Shown: positions 38,164 to 48,180 of the stretch, one piece after another
Numbering within the stretch: the stretch's first letter is position 1
Layout: each line of letters begins with the position of its first letter
Assembly: GCA_040285825.1 (NCBI GenBank)
Contig: JAUPSS010000001.1
Span: 434,001-498,000, forward strand
Direction of reading: 5' to 3'
Source of the DNA: Eukaryota sp. TZLM1-RC
Taxonomy: Eukaryota; Protista; Metamonada: BaSk clade
Length of the DNA: 64,000 nucleotides
The notes under the pieces: generated by a model
The model's input: the letters and a program-made list of their open reading frames with translations, nothing else
Told to the model about the DNA's origin: nothing
Database searches by the model: none
Made by a program: the position numbers and the translations under genes

Positions 38164-41100
38164 CTAGTTTAATCTGGGCATAACAACACCACTAGGATCA
38201 TTATCCACTTCCCAGTGACCATATTTTCTGAAGCAAGACGGAGATTCCTTTCGACGACAGTTACTTCCATGCTTGCACTTGTATGGAATAAGATGGAGCG
38301 TACCATGAGCATAGTTGAAGCGATGAACAGGATCGGCAATTTCTCTACAACTCTCCCCTTGTGGACATTTTTCACGTTGAATATGGATAAAATGGTCTGT
38401 GTGGTTTGTATCATTTATGTTTCTACATGAATATCCGAAACGACATATGTGGCGATAGTTGGATTGATGCTGTACCCCTTGAGAAGTTCTTGCCCTTTTG
38501 TCATCATAGTAGAAGGAACAAGTCCAGGGATGAGGACAAAGTGGATTGCGTTCAGTAGGTGGAGCTTCTACGTTATTCACACGTGAAGTATCAACATTTT
38601 CGTCAGGATTAATTCTCAATGATGATATTGAAGACTCTGAATCGCCAAGTGAATCACCGTGAATTTCTAATGGTGGATCAGAAGCTAAAGTATTAGAATT
38701 TAAACGATTAAGCGTAAGTTCAGCAGCACTATCTGATACCGTAGAAATCATCGTTCTAGAGGCTTTAAGCAAAACATTCTTAAACGAAGCATAACCATCA
38801 CCGTCTAATTTGAATCCAATATAACAAGGATTAGTGGAAGTGATAGGTTCAGCTAACGTAAACTGTAAAGGATCAAACTTGAAGCTGCATTCCTGTCCAA
38901 TTCGTTGCAGTAATATATCACCAGTTGCACGTTGAACAGAAAGACCAAAGCGCAGGTATAATTGAGCCAATCTTGAAGGGAAATACAATCTTTGCCTACA
39001 AAGAAGATCATTCTGGTTCGTATAAAGGGAAATTGTACCTTGTTGAAAGGCAAATCGTAAAGTTAAATACCCTTCAATCACAAGCAGCACATGAAAGTTT
39101 GATGAAGCCATTACACTGAAAGCGATATGAATAGGTTCTGAAACTCCAATGGACTCGGGAATAGTGACAAATGGCAACGCTTTCAAAACAAAGCTATACC
39201 CTTGGAAAGAGGCAACATTATCATTATCAACAGTGGTACTTGAAAGTTCTTTCATAACATCCTTGTATTCTCTTGATGTTTCATCCCCGTCAATAACCTT
39301 CAAAAAATCATCGACAAGTTTTCCCATCTCAAATAGCTGCTGTTGAACATTTGGTGGTAACGAGTCAAACGTGGCTTTAGGCATTAATATGTGGCGTACA
39401 TGTGAAAAGGGAATGGATGAAGGGAGGTGACATTCAAAAGAATTATGGCTGTTCAATTTGAGCATCATATTAATGCAATCTTCAACTGTAACATCAGTTA
39501 CATGCCTTGATTCGCCTCTTTTCTGTTGACCAAATTCAACCACCATCTTAGCCAAATCCCAAGCAAGCGTTTCTGCAGCCTTTAAACAACCAAGATTTTG
39601 TATCAACTTGTAGTAAAAATCAATACGTTCTGGGGTGTGGGCTTCTCCAGGAACGGGGACATGGCTTCGATACTTCAATCCAGGCTGACTGTAATGGAAG
39701 GTCGCGGCAGTGAGGTGTAAAAAGGAGGCAGGGTGCTTGGTGAGCTCTTCCTTAAAGAAAATGGCAATGGGACCATATGACTTGTACGTGTTTGGTCCAA
39801 GATTGGCAAATACAGTTTTATCGGTGCCGAGCTCTTTGTCCTTGCGGTAACCAATTCCAATCCTCCTGTCGGGATTTTCCTTAGTAGCCAAATTGTTGAG
39901 TTCATTGGCAGCTTCCGCAATAGAATCAGCCAGTTCATCAAGGTCAGCGGTGTCATTCATCATTAATAATCTCTTTGCTTCTTGTTGAGCACCATAATCC
40001 GATGCAAAGTTTCTCATGTCAAGAAACTTATTCTTTGCTGCCAAAGCTACATAATCAGCAACTGCTGCACGATTACTGTATCTATGGAGTTTAAAGTGGC
40101 CATGAGCAATGGAGAAAACACTTTCTGGTTGAGAAAGTTGTGTCTTCATATATTCTAGAGAATAGAAGTTGCCATGGACCAAGCAAGAAAGAAATGGTTC
40201 CACGTTTATTCTATGAACTGGTTTTAATCCAAGAATGAAGTGAGCAATAGAGGTGATATTCAGTGGAGTTTGTTGGTTTGGAGGTATGCAAAAACCAGCT
40301 AAACGATCCACATTGAGTGAAAAATCAATTTGATCTTCTGAACCCCTTGAAGGAGGAGTCAAATTGCCAACAATATCAAAAGCTTTGCTTGACGGATGGC
40401 TAAACTCATACACATGGTTTAAGTTTAGCAAATTCTTACAAGCTGCACCATTAGGACACGAAGGACGAAGGTCTTGGACGCCAACGTGATGGTACGTTGA
40501 AAGATGAACCTCATCGGAGGATGCACATCCAAGACATTCTGGACGAACAATGTGGATAAACCTTTCAGTATGTTCAGGTTCGTTATTATTACATGACCTA
40601 CCGTGTCGACAGACAAACCTCTCCATACATCTACTTTCGATGTCAACAAATGGATCGTCAGCCAAGGGTGAATGGTTGAATGAGTTCAGGTGATCACTAG
40701 TTAAATCAACACAGTTTGGGTTGGGACATTGAACCCTTTCATGAGAATAGAGACAACTAGTCCTGTTTGAACAACCCATTCCTTGTGGACAGAGAGGAGG
40801 ATGGAAGAGTGATCGACTGTGGTGATCAGAATAATCTGTGCAATAAACACCCATTTGACAAGGATCAGCGTGATCATGCAAAGAGTCATGTACTGAATCT
40901 TTGCCATGTAATTCACAATTATTAAATTTTCTGCATTTTTCAGGATGTTTAAGCAATGAAGCATGTGTAAGTGAATTTTTCATTAAACACGAATTGCCAT
41001 TAGGGCAATGTGTGGGATGAACAAACTGGTCACGGTGAATGGAATCATTAATGTAAGGACACTCACTGAGAAGATACCTACAAGGGAGTTTGAGCTGACG

Positions 41101-44100
41101 AGATTCATTAATAGATTGAACACTTAATAATGATGCACAGCTGGAATAAAGATCTTCAGAAGCACTGAATGTAATTGAAGCAAAAAACTTGTGAAAAATG
41201 GAAAGTACAAATGATAAAACAGTCATTGCACCGGGAATAGGGTTTCTGAAAGCTCCACAACCAAGAGGGCAAATCACTAAATGAGTAATTCCGTGTTTAA
41301 TGGCAGCTAAAAAGACACAAGTCCATCTCTTGTATAGTAATTGTAAATCATCAAAATGAGCATAGTCTTCACCAAAGTTTTCAACTTCTGAGATTTCTGG
41401 CTCCTGAGGAGCAGCAGTACTTATAATGGTAACTCTTTGTGGTTTTTCAAGCAATTGACATCCAGTAGCTTCCGTTGTTTTGAAAATTTCCACATTTTCG
41501 GTAACTACAACATCAATTTTAGCTGTTTTCCATGGATATGCTACCCTATGGCCAGAAACTACCTGTCCACCATACTGTTCAGGATCCAAAGCAGCACCTA
41601 GAGTTGTTCTTCTGAAAAGTGATTCTTCCTGAGCACTGGCACCCGTGAGATAACCACCACCAGGATGTTCCTCATTAGCCATGTTGAGGACACCAACACG
41701 GTTAGTGGTAGGATCAAGGCCAATCGCACATTCAAGACAGTCTTTTCGAGAGACTTTGATACCCTGACATGACCTAGCAGAGAAACCAGAAAAATCCAAG
41801 TCAATAAAATTTTCAAAAGAGAATATTGAATTGCATAACCCACGAACCTGGAGAGACACTAAAGTGTTTTTGTTTGATGACTTGCTATAAATCTCGTAAC
41901 TCTGATGTTGCATAGTTTCAATTGTGTGAGTCTGAATAAGACACAAGACAAGACGATGCTGTTTGATCAACCAAGGATCTGATGAAGCCATGGATTCCTT
42001 CAACAATTTCGCAAAAAGAGAAACCGGATAATGACTGACAAGTTCATTGACACAGAATCTCACATGAGGCTCTTGGTTTCCCTGAAGCTTGGGAATAGAC
42101 CAAGAATGAATATAAGGTCGAACTTTTGAAATTTGAGAATGAATTGTTCCTTGTTCGCTATTAATCACCAGACTGTCTCCTACAGAAAGGGGACAATTAT
42201 CACTGTCTGGAAACAGCAACAATTTGGAATGATACACTGCAGCAGTATACTTACGATGTTGCCTTAAAGAATCTGCTTTGATCGCATCAGCGGTTAAATA
42301 AAGATCAACTTCAGGAGAAAGAAAAATTTCAAAAACGTCATAATAAACGGCATTAGAAGAATTTGTCACAATGAAGGGTAATTGGAGACTACAAATACGG
42401 GCAATTTGGGCTTCAAGACTACTGGATGGATCAAATGAGAACACCAACACATTGAAACCAAAAACTGTTCTCTTGTTAAAGAAATACCTTCTTTTTGGAA
42501 CCACCTTGCAATTTTTCAAGTAAAGTTCCAATGTTCTAGAAACGACACAAAAATCGGAAGGAGCGAGTAAAACAGTGATCTCATGTTGAGAAGAGTAAAC
42601 ATCAATAGAAAGCTCAGGAGTTTGTATATTTCTGGACACAATGATTTCATTTAAAACCTCACAAACACTATCATCGCATCCATTGAAACCAACAGAAAAG
42701 AATCCACCTTCCACCGAATTGACAGATGTCTTGACAGAAGAACTAACAAGTTTGTCAGCTATCTTTTTTATATCATTCCGAGAGCATTTGGATTGTGGAT
42801 ACCAAAACAATTTAATATTGCATAGTTTAAAACTCTGAAGAGGAAGTGTGTTGGGATGGCCAGCAGCATTAACATTTGATTGAGAATTGCAAGGGAATAT
42901 TCCAGTAATAACAATTTCAATGCTACGCTGATTTTTGAGAATTGTTGCAGTATCATTGACTGAAACAGGACAAACATCTTTGTAATAGAATAAGAAAATT
43001 TTTCCTTTGAAGATGCACAAAAATGAAGGACTCTTAGAGATGTCCAACTTCTTACTCAGTTCCCTGACTTCTTGCTCTTCAGTTAGAGCTGGTATCATTT
43101 GGATTTCAAAAGCAAATTTCAAATTCACAATTGATGTCATGACAAACGGAAACGACAAAGCAGGGTCAGTAATTCTATTGATACAAATACTTTTATCAGA
43201 ATCATTCGAGAAAACATCAAATTCGATAATAGAGCCAATTTTTGAGGAGATATAAACAGTTTTCTTTATCAAAAATAAATACTCTGGAAATATATTTTGT
43301 AGCTGAGATCTAATAACTCTTTCTTCATCAAAACAAAATGAAGCAGAGCATTGAATTCTGTTTCTGAATACTTGGAAATAGTATCCTGTATACCTGTCGG
43401 TGAACCCCCTGTTTGAAACAACAATATTTAATAATGTGGATAGAAATAGTTCTTGTGAAATAAAATTGACTGCATAGCAACCATTCTTCATAGGCATTAC
43501 ATTAATGTTAGTAAAAGTCGAAACAATGGTTGTAACAGCTCGTTTTACAGAGTCACAATCAGTGGAAACATTGGGAATGAGGTAAAGCGTCTTAGTAAAG
43601 GAAGACGGGCGATTCCTCGAAAGTTTACACAAAACTGGCAAAGATGGTCCTTGAATTGTTAGTTCACCACCATCAAGGGTGCTTTCAAGGTTGCGTATCT
43701 CCTGAGCATCAGTATTAATTTTAATTGTAAATAGACCAGTTTTTCCTTGCTTTACCTCTACACTCCCTTCATCATTGAATCTATACTTAAAATGACGGAG
43801 AATGTAGTCACGATCTAAAGGTTCATGTGGTTGGAGGAAGAAAGTAGTTTCCATGAGGGATAATGCAAATGGAATAGAACATTCATCTTCTGAAGATGAG
43901 TCACTAAGCACGTTATTCACATTAGTCAACGAAGATGTTTTTGAATGAGAGGGCGTTCCTATGGGTGAGTTGCTGATAATGGGGAAATTAGAGTTTGAAG
44001 CAGTTGGTTGTGGTAGAGATTGACTTAAAGTTCCAATACCCATCTGATTTCTTAAATTTGATACAATTGACTTGAAATTACAAGTACGCTTCCGGGGATC

Positions 44101-44823
44101 AGAAACAGTTAGTTGCATAATGATTTCCCTAGCCCTTACATCACTAACTCTTTCCAGTGATTCCCTGCTAATGTAACGGTGATGAGAACTTAGGTCGTAT
44201 GGAAAGATACCAACCAGCATCTCATATAAAATGACACCCAATGCGAAGTAATCCACAGCAGGACTATAACGAGCTGTGTCCATCATTTCAGGAGCATGAT
44301 AGGGTTTGGTTTGTCTAGTTTCAAAAACATCAGCCGATCTAGTCTCAAACATACGTATCCCATCATAATCACAAATGGCTGAATTGTTATTATCATCGAG
44401 AAGTATATTTTCAGGTTTTAGATCTCGATGACAGTAATTTCGACTGTGGAGGAACTCGGTCCCTTCAACCAACTGATTAAAGATCTTGAAAGCAACATCG
44501 TAAGGCAAAGCTGTTCCGCGAGTGTCGATTTTGCGGTAAATGACTCCATAAATCTTTTGAGTGAGGTTTGAGGGAAAATACTTCATGACAACATGGACTT
44601 TTCCATCATCAGTAAAGATGTCTAATATAGGGCAAAGGGAGTTATGGTCATTGGACAGTTGTTGGATCTCCCTATATGATTGAAGACGTTCAGGTTTTGC
44701 GTTGAGAACAATTTTGATGGAGCACAGAAGTCCATCACTACGACAGGTTTTGTATACACTACCCTCACCACCCTCTCCGATAAGATGCCAATCTGTATAA
44801 TCAGATTTGCTGAATCTGAACAT
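38164..44823 (-). CDS. Kinase / microbial-type PARG / PBZ zinc fingers / putative ADP-ribosyltransferase fusion protein, copy B (intact, ~2,219 aa)
   Basis: Uninterrupted ORF, first ATG at 44823. Kinase GEGGEG..IK..HRDLKPEN..DYD..APE; PARG GGG..QEE..GCGAF; 9+4 Zn fingers; ART-like VHR..G..S / VFANLG..YG / FECHLP. Confidence 0.9.
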   Translation of the reverse strand: MFRFSKSDYTDWHLIGEGGEGSVYKTCRSDGLLCSIKIVLNAKPERLQSYREIQQLSNDHNSLCPILDIFTDDGKVHVVMKYFPSNLTQKIYGVIYRKIDTRGTALPYDVAFKIFNQLVEGTEFLHSRNYCHRDLKPENILLDDNNNSAICDYDGIRMFETRSADVFETRQTKPYHAPEMMDTARYSPAVDYFALGVILYEMLVGIFPYDLSSHHRYISRESLERVSDVRAREIIMQLTVSDPRKRTCNFKSIVSNLRNQMGIGTLSQSLPQPTASNSNFPIISNSPIGTPSHSKTSSLTNVNNVLSDSSSEDECSIPFALSLMETTFFLQPHEPLDRDYILRHFKYRFNDEGSVEVKQGKTGLFTIKINTDAQEIRNLESTLDGGELTIQGPSLPVLCKLSRNRPSSFTKTLYLIPNVSTDCDSVKRAVTTIVSTFTNINVMPMKNGCYAVNFISQELFLSTLLNIVVSNRGFTDRYTGYYFQVFRNRIQCSASFCFDEERVIRSQLQNIFPEYLFLIKKTVYISSKIGSIIEFDVFSNDSDKSICINRITDPALSFPFVMTSIVNLKFAFEIQMIPALTEEQEVRELSKKLDISKSPSFLCIFKGKIFLFYYKDVCPVSVNDTATILKNQRSIEIVITGIFPCNSQSNVNAAGHPNTLPLQSFKLCNIKLFWYPQSKCSRNDIKKIADKLVSSSVKTSVNSVEGGFFSVGFNGCDDSVCEVLNEIIVSRNIQTPELSIDVYSSQHEITVLLAPSDFCVVSRTLELYLKNCKVVPKRRYFFNKRTVFGFNVLVFSFDPSSSLEAQIARICSLQLPFIVTNSSNAVYYDVFEIFLSPEVDLYLTADAIKADSLRQHRKYTAAVYHSKLLLFPDSDNCPLSVGDSLVINSEQGTIHSQISKVRPYIHSWSIPKLQGNQEPHVRFCVNELVSHYPVSLFAKLLKESMASSDPWLIKQHRLVLCLIQTHTIETMQHQSYEIYSKSSNKNTLVSLQVRGLCNSIFSFENFIDLDFSGFSARSCQGIKVSRKDCLECAIGLDPTTNRVGVLNMANEEHPGGGYLTGASAQEESLFRRTTLGAALDPEQYGGQVVSGHRVAYPWKTAKIDVVVTENVEIFKTTEATGCQLLEKPQRVTIISTAAPQEPEISEVENFGEDYAHFDDLQLLYKRWTCVFLAAIKHGITHLVICPLGCGAFRNPIPGAMTVLSFVLSIFHKFFASITFSASEDLYSSCASLLSVQSINESRQLKLPCRYLLSECPYINDSIHRDQFVHPTHCPNGNSCLMKNSLTHASLLKHPEKCRKFNNCELHGKDSVHDSLHDHADPCQMGVYCTDYSDHHSRSLFHPPLCPQGMGCSNRTSCLYSHERVQCPNPNCVDLTSDHLNSFNHSPLADDPFVDIESRCMERFVCRHGRSCNNNEPEHTERFIHIVRPECLGCASSDEVHLSTYHHVGVQDLRPSCPNGAACKNLLNLNHVYEFSHPSSKAFDIVGNLTPPSRGSEDQIDFSLNVDRLAGFCIPPNQQTPLNITSIAHFILGLKPVHRINVEPFLSCLVHGNFYSLEYMKTQLSQPESVFSIAHGHFKLHRYSNRAAVADYVALAAKNKFLDMRNFASDYGAQQEAKRLLMMNDTADLDELADSIAEAANELNNLATKENPDRRIGIGYRKDKELGTDKTVFANLGPNTYKSYGPIAIFFKEELTKHPASFLHLTAATFHYSQPGLKYRSHVPVPGEAHTPERIDFYYKLIQNLGCLKAAETLAWDLAKMVVEFGQQKRGESRHVTDVTVEDCINMMLKLNSHNSFECHLPSSIPFSHVRHILMPKATFDSLPPNVQQQLFEMGKLVDDFLKVIDGDETSREYKDVMKELSSTTVDNDNVASFQGYSFVLKALPFVTIPESIGVSEPIHIAFSVMASSNFHVLLVIEGYLTLRFAFQQGTISLYTNQNDLLCRQRLYFPSRLAQLYLRFGLSVQRATGDILLQRIGQECSFKFDPLQFTLAEPITSTNPCYIGFKLDGDGYASFKNVLLKASRTMISTVSDSAAELTLNRLNSNTLASDPPLEIHGDSLGDSESSISSLRINPDENVDTSRVNNVEAPPTERNPLCPHPWTCSFYYDDKRARTSQGVQHQSNYRHICRFGYSCRNINDTNHTDHFIHIQREKCPQGESCREIADPVHRFNYAHGTLHLIPYKCKHGSNCRRKESPSCFRKYGHWEVDNDPSGVVMPRLN
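38175..41706 (-). repeat. Right arm of the 3.5-kb inverted repeat
   Basis: Reverse complement of 13417-16949. Confidence 0.95.
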
Positions 44824-45139
44824 TTGAGATGAAGGGATGAGGCTATTCAAAAGAACAAGTTGAGAAATTGATGAAATTTTTCCAACTTCAAATTGTGTTG
44901 TTCAAATTGGGTTCTGGTTTATTCCATTTCCATCATCAAGCGAGAATTTGTTTCATCGTTGAATATAAGTTTTCATAATCTTTTGAAGAACAGTGCTAAA
45001 GATTTAGGTTATATTTCAAAAATTTTGTTGAACTACAGAATTAAATAAAATTATATCAGAATAATTGGAACTAAAATCTACGAACCAAAATTTCCCATAC
45101 AAATTTCCGATCTGCTTGTTTTCTCGCCATTGCATTCGT

Positions 45140-45545
45140 CATTTGATAAAAGAACGCGGTAATCCATTAAAGAAAAATTTAGTGAATTAAAATCGTTAGT
45201 TCCACAAAAAAACGTCGAAACTCTTCATTGTGTGTTTTTGAACATAATTTTGGAAATCGTTCAAAAGAATTCCTGCTTTTACTGATAGTATTTCGCCTAT
45301 AGAAAATGGGTAAGCAATAAAACAAGTGGTCTAATTTTATCAGCATTAGCTTCTTCGATATCTTTGTCTTATTTTCTATGCTTTTATTGACTTTAAGTTC
45401 AAGAGCATTTACAGAATTAAGTTGTCTTCTGTGAACCAAAGAGTCATTTGCAACATAAAGGAGTCAGAGTGGACAGAGTCAACAACAGCTTCAGGGTTCT
45501 CAATCCAATCACACTACATATCACCTCTCTCATCAGAACCAAATG
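45140..45545 (-). mobile_element. Decayed RLE fragment (same family as 36814)
   Basis: Reverse complement matches ggttctgatgagagaggtgatatg..gattggattg and downstream RLE sequence. Confidence 0.7.
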
Positions 45546-46129
45546 TTGTTTATTGACATTGTTTCTTTCAGCAAAGGATCTTTAATTTGCGATATTCTTG
45601 TTCTTCTCCTTTTGATAAAAAGTGCAACAACATTATCTTAAGTGATGCCTGAGGGCTAGGGTTAGACATATGTATAAACAGAGAGTAGTTTATTATAATG
45701 ATAAATGAGCTGCAGCGAATTTCAATACCATCATCAGTGAAGTCTCCATGAATAACTAATATGCAAACTAACAACAAAAGAAACAAATAGATATGTCTAT
45801 CTACACTCTAGAATAGTTTAAAGACTAACATAAGCAAGATAAGATTTCCCTTTGGTACAACTCTGGAATTTCTCTATGTTTATCAATAAACTTTGGGTTG
45901 ATCCCTGCACTTCTTCATTGGAAGTTGATGAATACATTTGTCAAAATCATTTAATCAATATTTATTTATTTAGATTTCACAAAATGTTTTTACCCTATTT
46001 TTGTGATAGTCAACATTTTAAAGAGTTTGAATTTTGTGGTTTTGAAAGTGTTTTATGTTCATATCATTTCTTTAAGTACAAATTTTCAACTTCAATCAAC
46101 TTCCATTGAAATTAAATTCAAATTCAGTT

Positions 46130-47670
46130 TCATCACACAATGTTCTAGAACCAATCAATGTTTGTTAAATGGTAGAGACCCTGCTGAACTCATTATCAAT
46201 GGTCTAACTGTTCCTTTCATTAACTATTATGAATCAGGAATTCGTTTTTTAGGTTGTTGTCTAGGAAATTTTGATGAAATTAGAAATCAACTTTCAACTC
46301 TTTTAGCAAATTTTGAACAGTAATTTGCTGTACTTTCAGATTTGAACATAGAAAATCATCTCAAATTCTGCTTTTTCAGAATTTGTTATTCAGGTAAATT
46401 TACTGATATCCAGCGTTCAATTACACCATCAATTTTTCTTGAATTTTGCCGAATTTTCAACGAATTAAGAACCAAATTTTTGGCTAATTTGCTCGAAATT
46501 GATTCTTCTTTTTTACATAGTCATATTCTTTGTACGACAGAATTGGGAACAGTTTCTCAAATCTAAATATTTGTGTAAAGCTGCCTTTTTTGGTGGAGGC
46601 AAAAATTTCAATTTTCAATTTTTGAATCGTTTTCCTGAAAACCAACATTTAATTGAATGTTGTGTTAGTGTTTATTTGGTGTCTTCGCAGAATGAAATCG
46701 GCTGCCTCTCTCCTCAAATATGGTCCAAATGCTTTCCTACCAATATTCAAGAAATTCCACCCAGAAGTGTGATTTCTTTAAGATTTGCATACGCCAAATT
46801 GCAGAAAAAAATACTACAAGTTTTGGAAAACTTGGATTTTACTGTACGTTTTAGCTTGGCTAAGGAAAAGAATCCCGTTTTTGCTAACTTTTTAATTGAT
46901 CTTAAGGAAAGTAGCTCAAGTTGTCTCATTTCCCAAATCCCAAATGTTTATGGTTTATTGTTGAATGATCATCAATGGACAACTGCCCTCAAAATGAGGT
47001 GTTTTCTGTGGCGATGTAGTGTGCCAAATGATTTGATTTGTCATTTTGGTCAACTCATCAATCTGAATCATTTATTCGATTGTAAATTTAATATTACATA
47101 TCACTCAGTTGTTCACAATGCTGTTAGAGACCAACTATACGCTATGTGCAAAAGTCATCACACTGAAGCTTTTGTTGAACCTCTTGTGCGTAAATTGTCA
47201 CATGAAAATGAGGATGAAAATACTTTTGGGAAACGCCATGCTGATTTGATTACACCAGGGTCTGATGGTGTGATAAAAGTTGTTGATGTTGTCACTGTTG
47301 ATGTTTGTAAGAATTCAGTGAACCCTTATCTCAGCTAGGACGTGTTGATCATGTCAAGCATCAGCTGGTTCCATTTGCTGTTTCTCTTTTTGGTAACATT
47401 GGAATAGCTGGAATTGAATTTCTCGAAGGTTTCAGAAATTTAATAAAAGAGAGTAGGAAAAGAATTGAACTTCATTTTCTGGCACAACAGAATTGTTTTT
47501 AGTATACTTAAAGCAATTCCCGAAATGATAACCAAAGCACTGCTACAAGTAGGAATAGTGTATGAGAATCGCGCATTGAAGAGGTTTGATATTGTTGATG
47601 CGTGTATTGTGGATATTGAGTTCTAGTTTTTTGTTTAGTTGTTTTGTCTGCATTTCACAATAAAAAAATA
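46130..47670 (+). mobile_element. 5'-truncated CRE-like non-LTR retrotransposon (RT C-terminus, CCHC remnant, RLE), disrupted
   Basis: GIRFLGCCLG, RICYSGK, HNAVRD, EPLV, HADL..VDVVTVD, PFAVSLFG, FWHNRIVF. Confidence 0.85.
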
Positions 47671-48180
47671 TTAGAAAAAAGATGTTCTAGAAATTAAAAT
47701 TTTCTCAATTTTTAACTGACTTTTACGCTATGAAGAGTTATTTAATCGTCTTGATAAATTATGCGAATCCTTGGTTTATGGAGTTGGTCCCATCTTAAAA
47801 CAACCAACAACTTCCGTTGTTCACAATTTGACAGGAGAACTTGGTAGTAGCTAAATTCTGTGTTGTCCTCAACTGTACTAAACAAGGTAAAAGCTTTTTA
47901 ATTACAAACTCTAAAATTAAATTCTGTGTATAGGTTCTTCAAATTTTTTGAGAAAAAATATTATCAAAATAGACTGTTGAAAGTGTACATCTACACTGCC
48001 AAAACAGTGAATGTAATGCCCATTGAAATAGTGATGTCAACAGTGTCTAAACATGTGCTCATTCACATATTCATAATAGTTGTAGATCAAATTTGCTGCA
48101 AGACTGAGAGGGTGGTTTGGAAGGTTTAAAACACAAGAAATAATGATCATTTTTCAATTATTATTGCACATCCACGTCTT

